A stretch of DNA of 64,000 nucleotides from Candidatus Aenigmatarchaeota archaeon (GTDB taxonomy: Archaea; Aenigmatarchaeota; Aenigmatarchaeia; QMZP01; QMZT01), in the NCBI GenBank assembly GCA_963726265.1, contig CAVSBQ010000002.1, positions 704,001-768,000 of the forward strand. Reading direction: 5' to 3'. The translations under genes were made by a program, and so were the position numbers. Within the stretch, counting starts at the first letter, position 1; every line of letters starts with the position of its first letter. Below, piece by piece: positions 9,158 to 18,459 of this stretch. The notes below the pieces were generated by a model. It saw only the letters and a list, made by a program, of their open reading frames with translations, searched no databases and had not been told where the DNA came from.

Positions 9158-9469
9158 ATGTATGTCGTTGTTATGATAACTTGCCCTGGCGCGGAAGAAG
9201 GCAATAAGATAGCGGATATTTTGCTTAAGGAGCGCCTGGCCGCCTGCGTCAACATAATCCCCGGCATGAAATCGAAGTTCTGGTGGAGCGGCAAAATACA
9301 TGCCGCCGATGAGGCGCTGCTGGTCGTGAAGACGAAGAAAAGCGTCCTGGGCAGGCTGATAAAAAGGGTCAAGACCGTCCACCAATATACGAACCCCGAG
9401 ATAATCGCGCTCCCCATCATAGGCGGCTCGAAAGAATTTACGGAGTGGATAGAAGATGAGACGAGATGA
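9158..9469 (+). CDS. cutA: Divalent-cation tolerance protein CutA
   Basis: LLKERLAACVNI, S.FWW.GKI, HQYTNPEIIALPI. Confidence 0.95.
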   Translation: MYVVVMITCPGAEEGNKIADILLKERLAACVNIIPGMKSKFWWSGKIHAADEALLVVKTKKSVLGRLIKRVKTVHQYTNPEIIALPIIGGSKEFTEWIEDETR

Positions 9470-10226
9470 GACTTCCGGGTTCCTGGAATTCGCAAAAGGA
9501 ACGGCAAACAACGCCGGCAAAATCCTTATGGCGCATTTTGCGAAGGGCATCAGGTTCAAAAAGAAAAGCGACGGCTCTCTGGTCACGCCCGCCGACATGG
9601 CATCTGACAGCTACATAAGAGCAGCGCTAAGCAAAAAATATCCGGGCCACGCGGTGCTGGCTGAAGAGTCCGGCCTTTCCGGAGGCGGGTCGGAATACAT
9701 GTGGCTTGTCGATCCCCTTGACGGAACGCATGACTACGTTTTCGGCATCCCTCTTTTCGGAGTTTCTATCGCCCTTTACAGAAATGAAAAGCCGCTGGTA
9801 GGCGTCATTTACCTCCCCTTTTACAAGCGCATGTATTATGCCGCCAGGGGCGGCGGCGCGTTCATGAACGGCAATAAAATCAGGGTTTCAAAAGAGCGCG
9901 AAGAGCAGCTCCTGCTTTACGATTCCTATTTCAAGGGCAAGAAGGCGACGCAGCTATCCAGCATAGGAAAACTGGCGGATGCAACAAGCCACATACGCAT
10001 TATAGGCTCCTCCGTTGTGAATTTTGCATGGGTCGCTTCGGGCGTCGCTGACGCGTATGTCGAGAGGACAATCTACCCCTATGACATAGCAGCCGGATGC
10101 CTTATCGTGGAGGAGGCGGGCGGGAAGGTGACCGAAATAAGCGGCGCGCCGTGGCATCTCAGGTCGGACAACCTCATAGCGTCAAACGGCAGGGTGCACG
10201 GCAGGCTTGTCGAGCTTCTCAGATAG
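9456..10226 (+). CDS. suhB: Inositol monophosphatase family protein
   Basis: VTPAD, AEES, WLVDPLDGT, YPYDIAAG motifs. Confidence 0.9.
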   Translation: MRRDETSGFLEFAKGTANNAGKILMAHFAKGIRFKKKSDGSLVTPADMASDSYIRAALSKKYPGHAVLAEESGLSGGGSEYMWLVDPLDGTHDYVFGIPLFGVSIALYRNEKPLVGVIYLPFYKRMYYAARGGGAFMNGNKIRVSKEREEQLLLYDSYFKGKKATQLSSIGKLADATSHIRIIGSSVVNFAWVASGVADAYVERTIYPYDIAAGCLIVEEAGGKVTEISGAPWHLRSDNLIASNGRVHGRLVELLR

Positions 10227-10602
10227 CCCTTTCGCTCTCGAGATATTTCTGGTACATGCCGTCGACCGTCCTCCGGTTGACGTATTGCCTGTGGTGGCGG
10301 AAGCCGCCGCCGAACGCCTCGGGAATGTGCATGAGCTCGTGGATGATCGTCTTTGTCCGCTCCTCCTCGGGCAGCCTGTCGAATTGCTCGGTTATCACTT
10401 CTATGACATACTGCGTCGGTATGCCCAGCGCGCTCTGCATGATGCGAGGAAGGACGTGAATCCTGGCCAGCGTGCGCCTGCTCTGCGAGCCGGAGGAGCG
10501 CATGAACCATACCCTTGACAAATCCACGTGGCTCATCTTCAGCTTTCCAACGATTTCCCTCGCCCTCTTGTCTATGTCAGGCGCGCGTTCGTATGTTATC
10601 AT
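10219..10602 (-). CDS. Putative zinc metallopeptidase (HExxH)
   Basis: TIIHELMHIP motif in a small archaeal protein. Confidence 0.8.
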   Translation of the reverse strand: MITYERAPDIDKRAREIVGKLKMSHVDLSRVWFMRSSGSQSRRTLARIHVLPRIMQSALGIPTQYVIEVITEQFDRLPEEERTKTIIHELMHIPEAFGGGFRHHRQYVNRRTVDGMYQKYLESERAI

Positions 10603-10632
10603 AATTTAAAATAGGGAACAGAAATTAAGAAT

Positions 10633-12324
10633 ATGAGCTTCAGCGAATTCAGGCAGGAAGTCATCGGCTCGCTGGCGAAGGAAACCGGCCTCAAGGCAGA
10701 AGACATCGCTCTGGAGAAGCCGCCTGAAGACATGGGCGACCTCGCCTTTCCGTGCTTCACGCTATCCAAAAAGTTCAGGAAGGCGCCAGATGCGATAGCG
10801 AAGGAGATAGCCGGGAAAATAAAACCGCACGGCCTGATAGCGAAAATAGAGCAGAAAGGCGGCTACCTCAACTTCTTCGCCAACTGGGACAGGCTTGGCC
10901 AGGAGATTGTCGAAACCGCGCTGAAGGAAAAGGACAGCTTCGGACGCGGGAATGCGACAGAGAAGGTCATGGTCGAATACTGCCATTTCAACACGCATAA
11001 AGCCGTCCACATAGGCCACATACGCACCGCATGTCTCGGCGAGTCGCTTTCCAGGCTACTCGAGTTTTCCGGTTATAAAGTCATGCGCGTTAACTACCAG
11101 GGAGACATAGGCCCGCATGTCGCGAGATGCGTGTGGGGTTTCCTCAAGCTGCATAACGGCAAGGCGCCCAAAGAGGGAAGAGGCAAATGGCTCGGCACGG
11201 TTTACGCGGAGGCGAGCAAAAAGATAAAGGACAATGATGAGCTGGAGCAGGAAGCGGACGCGATAAACAGGAAGATATACGCCGGCGACCACGAGCTGGC
11301 GAAGACATGGAAGGAGACGAGGCAGTGGAGCCTTGATTATTTTGACACGGTTTACAGGAGCTTCGGCATAAAGTTCGACCGCTTCTATTTCGAGAGCGAG
11401 GCCGAGAAGCCTGGGACGGAAATCGCGAAAAGGCTGCTCAAAAACGGCGTCGCGAAGGAGAGCGAAGGCGCGGTTCTCATCGACCTGGAGCAATACGGCC
11501 TCGGCATTTACATCCTGCTCAAGTCCGACGGCACGCCGCTCTACTCGGCTAAGGACCTCGGCCTCGCGGAGCTCAAGCTCAAGGAATACAGGATAGACAG
11601 GTCCATCCACGTCGTCGGCTCAGAGCAGAAGATGTATTTCCAGCAGCTGTTCAAGACGTTCGAGCTGATGGGCTCACCGCTTTCGGGCAAGAGCCATCAT
11701 CTGTGTTATGAACTCGTCAACCTCCCGACAGGCAAGATGGCTTCGAGGGAAGGCTTGGTGATACTTTACGAAGATGTCCTCGACGAACTCGAAAAGCATG
11801 CGCAAGAGGAGACGCATAAAAGGAACGAGAAAATGGACGCAGAAAAGATAGAGAATATAGCGAAGACCATAGCCCTCGCCTCGCTGAAATACGACATGCT
11901 CAAGACTTCGCCCAGCAAGACCATAATCTTCGATTGGAAGAGCGCTCTGGATTTCGAGGGCAATGCGGCGCCGTATCTTCTATACACGTATGCCCGCGCA
12001 TGCTCCATACTGAGAAACGCGGAGACGAAAGCGACGGCGTATGACATGTCTCTTCTGAAAGAACCGCACGAGAGGGAGCTTATGAGAATGATATCCGAAT
12101 TCCCCGGGGCCGTGAGGAAGGCGGCGGAAGACATGAGGCCCCACTACATTGCGAATTTCTGCTACGGGATTGCGACGAAGTTCAACGAGTTCTACCAGTT
12201 CGTTCCCGTGCTGAAGGCCGAGGAGGCGATGCGCTCGGCCAGGCTCGCGCTCGTGGAGGCGGTCGCCGCGGTTTTGAAGAACGCGCTCAGGCTGCTAGGC
12301 ATGGAGGCGCTGGACAGGATGTAA
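10633..12324 (+). CDS. argS: Arginine--tRNA ligase
   Basis: HIGH motif (AVHIGHIR), KMASREG, FEGNAAPYLLYTYAR, C-terminal DALR domain ending LDRM. Confidence 0.97.
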   Translation: MSFSEFRQEVIGSLAKETGLKAEDIALEKPPEDMGDLAFPCFTLSKKFRKAPDAIAKEIAGKIKPHGLIAKIEQKGGYLNFFANWDRLGQEIVETALKEKDSFGRGNATEKVMVEYCHFNTHKAVHIGHIRTACLGESLSRLLEFSGYKVMRVNYQGDIGPHVARCVWGFLKLHNGKAPKEGRGKWLGTVYAEASKKIKDNDELEQEADAINRKIYAGDHELAKTWKETRQWSLDYFDTVYRSFGIKFDRFYFESEAEKPGTEIAKRLLKNGVAKESEGAVLIDLEQYGLGIYILLKSDGTPLYSAKDLGLAELKLKEYRIDRSIHVVGSEQKMYFQQLFKTFELMGSPLSGKSHHLCYELVNLPTGKMASREGLVILYEDVLDELEKHAQEETHKRNEKMDAEKIENIAKTIALASLKYDMLKTSPSKTIIFDWKSALDFEGNAAPYLLYTYARACSILRNAETKATAYDMSLLKEPHERELMRMISEFPGAVRKAAEDMRPHYIANFCYGIATKFNEFYQFVPVLKAEEAMRSARLALVEAVAAVLKNALRLLGMEALDRM

Positions 12325-12360
12325 AATTTTTTTATTAACGGGCAAGGATAATTAATTATC

Positions 12361-13179
12361 ATGAGGCATCTGATTCCAATCATGCTGGTATTTTCCCTGA
12401 TATTTATTTCAGGCTGCGTCTCCATAGGTGACCAGCCTGCCGTCGGGTGCACCAGCCCGGAAAAGGCGATAAACGGCACATGCTGCTTCGACAACGACGA
12501 CAACGGCATATGCGACATAAACGAGAGGTCATGCCCCGCCTCGTGCGACGATGCGAAAGTGTGCACAAGGGATCACTGCTCGCTCCAGACGAACTTTGAA
12601 TGCGCGCACGACATCATAAGGCCTTGCTGCGGCAACGGCGAATGCGATACCGTCGAGGACAACGCGAATGAATGCCCGCAGGACTGCACGGTCATAACCA
12701 TGACGGATTTCCTACACTTTTACAGCGGGCCCGATTACATGGATAATGACACCTTCGTTTTCATCCACACCGGCAGCAACGAGACGGACAAGAAGCCGGA
12801 CTTCTATCTCAACATAACCGCGACCAAGGTTCCGCTGCGCAATATACGCGCGACTTACAACTGCACGGACTCCGCGACCGGCCACAAACAGGACAGCATA
12901 ACCGTCGACCGCGTCGAGGTAGTCGAGGGCTTCCCGGAGTTCGGCTACGAGAATATGTTCAACAGCGTGGATTACACGATTTACTCGTCATTCTATTCCA
13001 AGGAACTCAGGACGAAGATAGACGTAAGCCTGCTGGAGATAGGCAAGACGGTCGAGTTCCGCATGAGGATATTCAACAAGAACTACAAGGTGAGGACCAA
13101 GCTGACCTGCGACTTCGACTTCTACTTCCTCGAGCCGCTCAAGCACGTCAAGAAGAAGCTGAAGATTTCTTACATCTAG
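12361..13179 (+). CDS. Secreted lipoprotein-like protein with Cys-rich N-terminal region
   Basis: Hydrophobic leader ending ISGC, then CCFDNDDNGICD and CGNGEC...CPQDC motifs. Confidence 0.75.
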   Translation: MRHLIPIMLVFSLIFISGCVSIGDQPAVGCTSPEKAINGTCCFDNDDNGICDINERSCPASCDDAKVCTRDHCSLQTNFECAHDIIRPCCGNGECDTVEDNANECPQDCTVITMTDFLHFYSGPDYMDNDTFVFIHTGSNETDKKPDFYLNITATKVPLRNIRATYNCTDSATGHKQDSITVDRVEVVEGFPEFGYENMFNSVDYTIYSSFYSKELRTKIDVSLLEIGKTVEFRMRIFNKNYKVRTKLTCDFDFYFLEPLKHVKKKLKISYI

Positions 13180-13220
13180 CCAATAATAAATTTTTTTAAA
13201 GGCGAAAACAATTAGGAATC

Positions 13221-14027
13221 ATGCTCAGAAGGGCGATAGTCGCCGGGATGTTTTATCCGCTCGCGAGAGAAGAGCTGGAGCGCATGCTTTCGAGGCTTTT
13301 TGACGGCGCCAGAAGCAACAGGTTCACCTGCGTCGTTTCGCCACATGCAGGTTACGAGTATTCGGGCAGGACGGCGGCTTGCGCGATTGCCTCGCTCAAA
13401 CCAGCGAAAACGTTCGTCATACTAGGGCCGAACCACAACGCCCTCGGCCCGGAATTTTCGATAATGGGCTCCGGCAGATGGGAAACGCCGCTTGGAGCGG
13501 TCGAAATCGATTCCGCTCTGGCGAAGGAGATTAAAAAATGCGCAGTCGTCGAGGAAGATGACCTCGCCCACATGCACGAGCATTCCATCGAGGTCCAGCT
13601 GCCATTCCTCCAGTACCGCTTCAAGGAATTCAGGTTCGTCCCCATAAGCATAGCCAATGCCGACTACTTCGAAGCTTTCATGGAGAAATGCATGGAGCTT
13701 GGTCAGCACATAGCCAGAACGATAAAGAACAGGGACGCGTGCGTCATCGCGTCGTCGGATTTCTCGCATTACCTGCCGGCGGAGGTCGCGGCCTCGAAGG
13801 ATGCGAAGGCAGTGGACAAAATAGAAAAGCTCGACGTCGCCGGTTTCTTCAGGACGCTCGAAAGGAACGACGCGTCAGTATGCGGCTACGGCCCGATTGC
13901 CGTCGCGATGAGCGTGGCGAAAGCGCTTGGCCTGAAGAAAGCGAAGGTCATAAATCACACGAATTCAGGGGACGCAACGGGCGATTTTTCTTCCGTGGTT
14001 GCATATTACGCGATAGGCTTCGAATGA
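13221..14027 (+). CDS. amrB: AmmeMemoRadiSam system protein B (MEMO1 family)
   Basis: AGMFYP, PHAGYEYSG, GPNH, EHSIEVQLPFLQ, ASSDFSHY, SVCGYGPI. Confidence 0.95.
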   Translation: MLRRAIVAGMFYPLAREELERMLSRLFDGARSNRFTCVVSPHAGYEYSGRTAACAIASLKPAKTFVILGPNHNALGPEFSIMGSGRWETPLGAVEIDSALAKEIKKCAVVEEDDLAHMHEHSIEVQLPFLQYRFKEFRFVPISIANADYFEAFMEKCMELGQHIARTIKNRDACVIASSDFSHYLPAEVAASKDAKAVDKIEKLDVAGFFRTLERNDASVCGYGPIAVAMSVAKALGLKKAKVINHTNSGDATGDFSSVVAYYAIGFE

Positions 14028-14037
14028 GAAACAAGCG

Positions 14038-14448
14038 CTAGGTCTTTCTCAGCGGCGTATGCGGGGACTCGTCCGAAAGGAAAAGTTTTTTGGGATTGGG
14101 ATGATTTCTGACCTCGACGCCCAGCATCTCCGAGAGTTCGCGCTCGAACAGGTTCGCTCCGGGATATATTTTGGTTATGCTCTCGACGACGGGGTTCTTC
14201 CTGTCCAGCGAGATGCGTATGTTCAGCGTTTTTTTATTGTGGATGAAGTGGTATATGACCTCTATGTTTTTTCCCGTGTCGACGCCGGTTATCGATGATA
14301 TGCGGTCGAGGCCGATCGCTTTCAGATGCCTCAGCTCCGAGAGAAGCTCCGCCTTTCCCATCTCCATCCAGACATTTTCGCCCTCGATTTTCAGCCTGAA
14401 TTTTTTGATATAATTTTCAACGTGCATTGGCATTCTCCCTAGTCGCAT
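14038..14448 (-). CDS. NuoC/MbhK-like subunit of a membrane-bound complex-I-like enzyme
   Basis: ISSITGVD, SITKIYPGANLFERELSEMLGV...HPN motifs. Confidence 0.88.
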   Translation of the reverse strand: MRLGRMPMHVENYIKKFRLKIEGENVWMEMGKAELLSELRHLKAIGLDRISSITGVDTGKNIEVIYHFIHNKKTLNIRISLDRKNPVVESITKIYPGANLFERELSEMLGVEVRNHPNPKKLFLSDESPHTPLRKT

Positions 14449-14477
14449 TTATTCCTTGACTTCGCAGTCCCTTGATT

Positions 14478-14951
14478 TTACATCTTCTCCATTACCTTTA
14501 CAATCCCTTCTATCAGCGCCTCCGGCTTTGGCGGGCAGCCGGGCACGTAAACGTCGACAGGTATGATTTTATCGAGCGGGCCTGCAAGATTATAGCTGTC
14601 GTAAAAGACGCCGTTCGATATCGGGCATGCACCGAAGGCGATGACGTATTTCGGCTCCGGCATCTGCTGGTATATCGCAAGCAGCCGCTCCTTCATCTTC
14701 GCGTTCACCGGCCCTTCCACGACCAGAATGTCGGCATGGCGCGGCGAGCCCTTCGCGACTATGCCGAAGCGCTCGACGTCGTGTTTCGGAGTCAGCGCAG
14801 CGAGTATCTCGATGGCGCAGCCGTTGCAGCCCGAGCAGCCGAGATGCAGGATCCAGGGCGACTTTTTCCTGAAATAGCCTGCTATTTTATTGCTTAAAGA
14901 TTTTTTTATCTTCGCCCTTTTTGCGATTATATCAGGTTCGATTTTCAGCAT
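14478..14951 (-). CDS. nuoB: NuoB/MbhJ-like Fe-S small subunit
   Basis: GCNGCAIE, SPRHADILVVEG, GACP, VDVYVPGCPPKPE. The likely start is ATG 14951, because the longer ORF overlaps the upstream gene. Confidence 0.9.
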   Translation of the reverse strand: MLKIEPDIIAKRAKIKKSLSNKIAGYFRKKSPWILHLGCSGCNGCAIEILAALTPKHDVERFGIVAKGSPRHADILVVEGPVNAKMKERLLAIYQQMPEPKYVIAFGACPISNGVFYDSYNLAGPLDKIIPVDVYVPGCPPKPEALIEGIVKVMEKM

Positions 14952-14959
14952 TTCTTCCT

Positions 14960-15257
14960 TCACAGCATCATCACCATAAGCAAGACGAAAATGAAACCCG
15001 CCATCATCCACAGCAGGTAATCAGAAAGCTTTCCAGTATGTATTTTCTGGATATCCTCGATGCCGAGGTTCTTCCTTATTGCCTGGTATAGGTTGTCCGG
15101 CCCCACGCTGACCTTGGGGAACGGCTCGCCGCAGGTATACGTGTCATATTTCCTATTCCTCGGGCCTGGCCTTCCTGCTGCCCAGTGAATATATGAGCAG
15201 CCCCAGGCCGATGAAGCCGGCGAAAGTCAAAATGAAGAGCGACCAGTATTCGAACAT
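14960..15257 (-). CDS. MbhI-like small membrane subunit (one frameshift near 15160)
   Basis: MFEYWSLFILTFAGFIGLGLLIYSLG... continues in a shifted frame as RKYDTYTCGEPFP...HTGKLSDYLLWMMAGFIFVLLMVMML*. Removing one base in GGCCCG (minus strand) restores a single frame of 99 codons. Confidence 0.75.
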
Positions 15258-15266
15258 GCCATCCCC

Positions 15267-16670
15267 TTAGCCGCCTCCCAGGACGGCAGTTATATATTGA
15301 TTCTGATTTAATAAAGCGTCTACCGCTGGCTTGACGATAGCCATTCCCAGTTGCGGGAAAACGCCTATCACCACGCACAATACCGTCAGGATTATCACGG
15401 GCAATAGCATGGTCGCGGGGATTTTTCCCTCGGTCTTTTTCTGTGCAAGGAACACGGACGAGAATATTTTCAGGCCATACGCCAGCGTTATCGCGGACGC
15501 CGTTATGGCCAGGATGGTGAGCAGGGGGTTTACCTCCCACGTGGCCATGAAGATGAGCCATTTCGAGACGAAGCCGTTCAAAGGAGGGACGCCTGCCATC
15601 GACAGCACGCCCACGCCTGTGCACACCAGCAGCGTGCGATTGCGCACTCCCATTTCATCGAGGTTTTCCTTTCCCGTTATGTAGATTACGCATCCGATCG
15701 CCATGAACAGCAGGCCTTTTATCAGCGCGTTGTTGAGGATGTGGTAAAGCCCTGCCTCGTAACCAGCGTATGTTCCGAGGCCTATCGCCATCACGATATA
15801 GCCTACCTGCGATATGCCTGAATACGCGAGCATGCGCTTGACGTTGACCTGAACGAGCGCCAGCAATGCGCCGGCGAGCATAGTTATGACGCCTAGGATT
15901 ATCAGCATGATATTCAGCTGGAGCATGCCGAACACGAAGAGCAGCCTCAGGATGCCGTAAACACCGATCGCCGCCGTCACGGTCGAAAAGAGCGCTCCCA
16001 TGGGTATTGGCGTCCCTTCTATCGCATCGGGCTTCCACATGTGGAACGGCATTATTGCAGCCTTCAGGCTGAAGCCGCCTATTATCAGGCCCAGCGCTAT
16101 CATGAATTCGCGCGAGTGCGAAACGCGAAGCGCGAGGTCGGCGAAGTTCAGCGTCCCCGTGAGGCCGTAAAGTATGGCTATCCCCAGCAGGAGCAGCGAG
16201 CTGCCTAGCGAGCCCATGACGAGATATTTGAACGCGCCTTCTATCGCGTTCTTATCAAGGAAAAAGGCCACGAGCCCGTAAGATGATATCGAGAGGATTT
16301 CGAAGAAGACATACATGTTGAAGATGTCGCCCGTCAGGCACACGCCGAGCAATCCCGCCGTCATCAGACAGAGCAGCGTGTAGAACCTGTGCCTCCTGTC
16401 CTTTATGCATTTTATCGAATATATCGCGACCAGCGACGCCATGCCCGTTATTATGAGGCCGATGAAGGCGTTGAGCCTGTCGACCTCCCAAACGATGCCG
16501 AAGGGCGGCATCCATCCCCCGTACCTGACCACCGCTATGCCGCTCTGGAAGAACAGCGTGGTGAGCAAAAAGAAGGAAAGCAGTATCGCCGCTACCGCTA
16601 TGAAATCCCTCCTGATGGTCAGCATCAGGAAGGCCGAAACTATCAGTATCGTTATAAGATATTCAAGCAT
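15267..16670 (-). CDS. MrpD/MbhH-like proton-conducting antiporter subunit
   Basis: GGWMPPFGI, TGDIFNMYVFFEI, AIEGAFKYL, KAAIMPFHMWKPDA, KRMLAYSGISQVGY, GVPPLNGFVSKW. Confidence 0.93.
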   Translation of the reverse strand: MLEYLITILIVSAFLMLTIRRDFIAVAAILLSFFLLTTLFFQSGIAVVRYGGWMPPFGIVWEVDRLNAFIGLIITGMASLVAIYSIKCIKDRRHRFYTLLCLMTAGLLGVCLTGDIFNMYVFFEILSISSYGLVAFFLDKNAIEGAFKYLVMGSLGSSLLLLGIAILYGLTGTLNFADLALRVSHSREFMIALGLIIGGFSLKAAIMPFHMWKPDAIEGTPIPMGALFSTVTAAIGVYGILRLLFVFGMLQLNIMLIILGVITMLAGALLALVQVNVKRMLAYSGISQVGYIVMAIGLGTYAGYEAGLYHILNNALIKGLLFMAIGCVIYITGKENLDEMGVRNRTLLVCTGVGVLSMAGVPPLNGFVSKWLIFMATWEVNPLLTILAITASAITLAYGLKIFSSVFLAQKKTEGKIPATMLLPVIILTVLCVVIGVFPQLGMAIVKPAVDALLNQNQYITAVLGGG

Positions 16671-16672
16671 TT

Positions 16673-17032
16673 CTAACCCCTCAGCCTGCTCATCTTTTCC
16701 GTGTCCAGCGTCCTGAAGTGGCGGAAGGCGAGTATGGCTATGCTCAGGCCCAGCGCGGTGACGCTAAGCTGGATGACTATCGACGTGAGGACCAGCGCCT
16801 GCGGCAGCGGGTCGACTGCGGCGGCTGCGAAGAAGCCGACGTTTTCCGGGATTATTATAGGCGCGATGCCGCCTTCCTTGAAGCCGATGGATATCAGCAT
16901 CAGGTGGATGAAATTCGTGAATATGCCCAGGCCTATCAGCTTCTTGACAAGGTTCCTTTTGGCAGTCACGCAGTATATGCCCATGACGGCGAGGACAGCA
17001 CCGGTTACGAAGGTTTCCAGCATCATTATCAC
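16673..17032 (-). CDS. MrpC/MbhG-like subunit
   Basis: NLVKKLIGL, DPLPQALVLTSIVI motifs. Confidence 0.92.
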   Translation of the reverse strand: MIMMLETFVTGAVLAVMGIYCVTAKRNLVKKLIGLGIFTNFIHLMLISIGFKEGGIAPIIIPENVGFFAAAAVDPLPQALVLTSIVIQLSVTALGLSIAILAFRHFRTLDTEKMSRLRG

Positions 17033-17428
17033 TTATTCCCTGATCACCAGGAACACGACGAGTATGAGCGCCGACATCACCATGAGGCCCCCGGCGACGT
17101 TGAGCGACAGCACGGTCGGCGAGCTCCAGAGGTTGAAAAACTGGCCGGTAAGGCCGACGTATTTCCTTATGAAGGATTCGTAAAGTATAAGCCCCGCGAG
17201 CATGAGCGCCACCAGGCCTTCTATTATGTGCGTAGTCTCCTCGCTTATCAGCTTCTCGGCGGTTTTCAGGCCGAAGGCGACCGCGACCAGGGCGAAGCCC
17301 GAGGCGACCACCGCCCCACCGGGGAACGAGCCGCCGGGTGTGAGATGGCCGTGGAAGATGATGGAAAAGCCCAGCAGCAGGATGAAGGGGAAGATGCCCT
17401 TTATAACGGTCCTTATTATGACGTCCAT
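17033..17428 (-). CDS. MrpB/MbhF-like subunit
   Basis: HGHLTPGGSFPGG motif. Confidence 0.92.
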   Translation of the reverse strand: MDVIIRTVIKGIFPFILLLGFSIIFHGHLTPGGSFPGGAVVASGFALVAVAFGLKTAEKLISEETTHIIEGLVALMLAGLILYESFIRKYVGLTGQFFNLWSSPTVLSLNVAGGLMVMSALILVVFLVIRE

Positions 17429-17707
17429 TCACTTCCTCCTCCTGAAGCCGACGGCCATCAGGGTCAGGATGCCGGCCGTCGCGGTGAACAAAACGGTTTC
17501 CTCGCCCATGGTGTCGAAACCCCTGAAGTCCCAGACTATCGCCGAGACGACGCTGGACGAGCCCGTCTTTTCCAGGCTGTTGTCCATGTAATACCTGGCG
17601 ACATCCTTGTTTCTCCACGCGCTGAATGACGGCAGGGCAAAAACGCCGATTATGAGAATGAAAAACATCAGAAGCATCAGCAGGAGCGCGGCGTTTTTCC
17701 CGTTCAT
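17429..17707 (-). CDS. mbhE: MbhE-like subunit
   Basis: VVSAIVWDFRGFDTMGEETVLF motif. Confidence 0.88.
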   Translation of the reverse strand: MNGKNAALLLMLLMFFILIIGVFALPSFSAWRNKDVARYYMDNSLEKTGSSSVVSAIVWDFRGFDTMGEETVLFTATAGILTLMAVGFRRRK

Positions 17708-17937
17708 GCCTCATGCCTCCTCGTCTTCTTTACGGCTATGACGTAAATCAGGGTCCCGAGGCCCGCGTTCACCGACGCCTCCGTTATGGCTATGTCCGGC
17801 GCCTGCAGGACGAGAAAAATGACGGCAAGGCACATGGACACGACGCCCATGAATATCACGGATAAAAGAAGGTCCTTCGAGCGGACGGCCATCAGGCTGA
17901 AAAGTACGACGGGTATTGAAAGAAGCGCAAGTATCAT
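17704..17937 (-). CDS. mbhD: MbhD-like (DUF4040) subunit
   Basis: DLLLSVI...LQAPDIAITEASVNAGL motif. Confidence 0.88.
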   Translation of the reverse strand: MILALLSIPVVLFSLMAVRSKDLLLSVIFMGVVSMCLAVIFLVLQAPDIAITEASVNAGLGTLIYVIAVKKTRRHEA

Positions 17938-17964
17938 ATTATAAAATATGCCCGCGCCGTTAAA

Positions 17965-18396
17965 TTAAGGTTTGCCGCCCTCTTTCCTGGCGGCTTCCTC
18001 TATAACCATGGCGATTTCGTTCATCTGGGCTATTATTTTTTCTGCCTGCTGCTGAATCTCCGCTCCTGCCCTTTCGACTTCCGCCGTCCTCTGCTCGAGC
18101 AGCGCTTTCGCCGAGCCTATCTCCTCGTTTATGAAGATGCCCGCGCCCGCGTTTACAAGGATGCGTCCGCGGTCCGTTATGCTGCCGCTCCCGTAACACC
18201 CGCTTCCCAGCGGGAGCAGGATTTCGTTTTTTTCGCCCATTTTTTTGACGTCATCGATGGACATCAGCGTCGACCTCAGCTCCAGCATCTGCTGCTCGAC
18301 GAACTGCAGCTGCTGCTTCAGCGTTTCGAGGTTCTGCGCGAGTATCTGGTAGAGTACGTATTGCTCGCTGAGTTTTTCGTCAGTCATGGATTTCAC
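17965..18396 (-). CDS. pfdA: Prefoldin subunit alpha
   Basis: Coiled coils flanking EILLPLGSG...ILVNAGAGIF beta hairpins. The start may be a few codons later. Confidence 0.92.
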   Translation of the reverse strand: MKSMTDEKLSEQYVLYQILAQNLETLKQQLQFVEQQMLELRSTLMSIDDVKKMGEKNEILLPLGSGCYGSGSITDRGRILVNAGAGIFINEEIGSAKALLEQRTAEVERAGAEIQQQAEKIIAQMNEIAMVIEEAARKEGGKP

Positions 18397-18459
18397 GTAA
18401 TAAATAAATTTATGGGCTGCCTTATAAATGCAGCCGCATGACCTGAAAAATTAAAAAAA

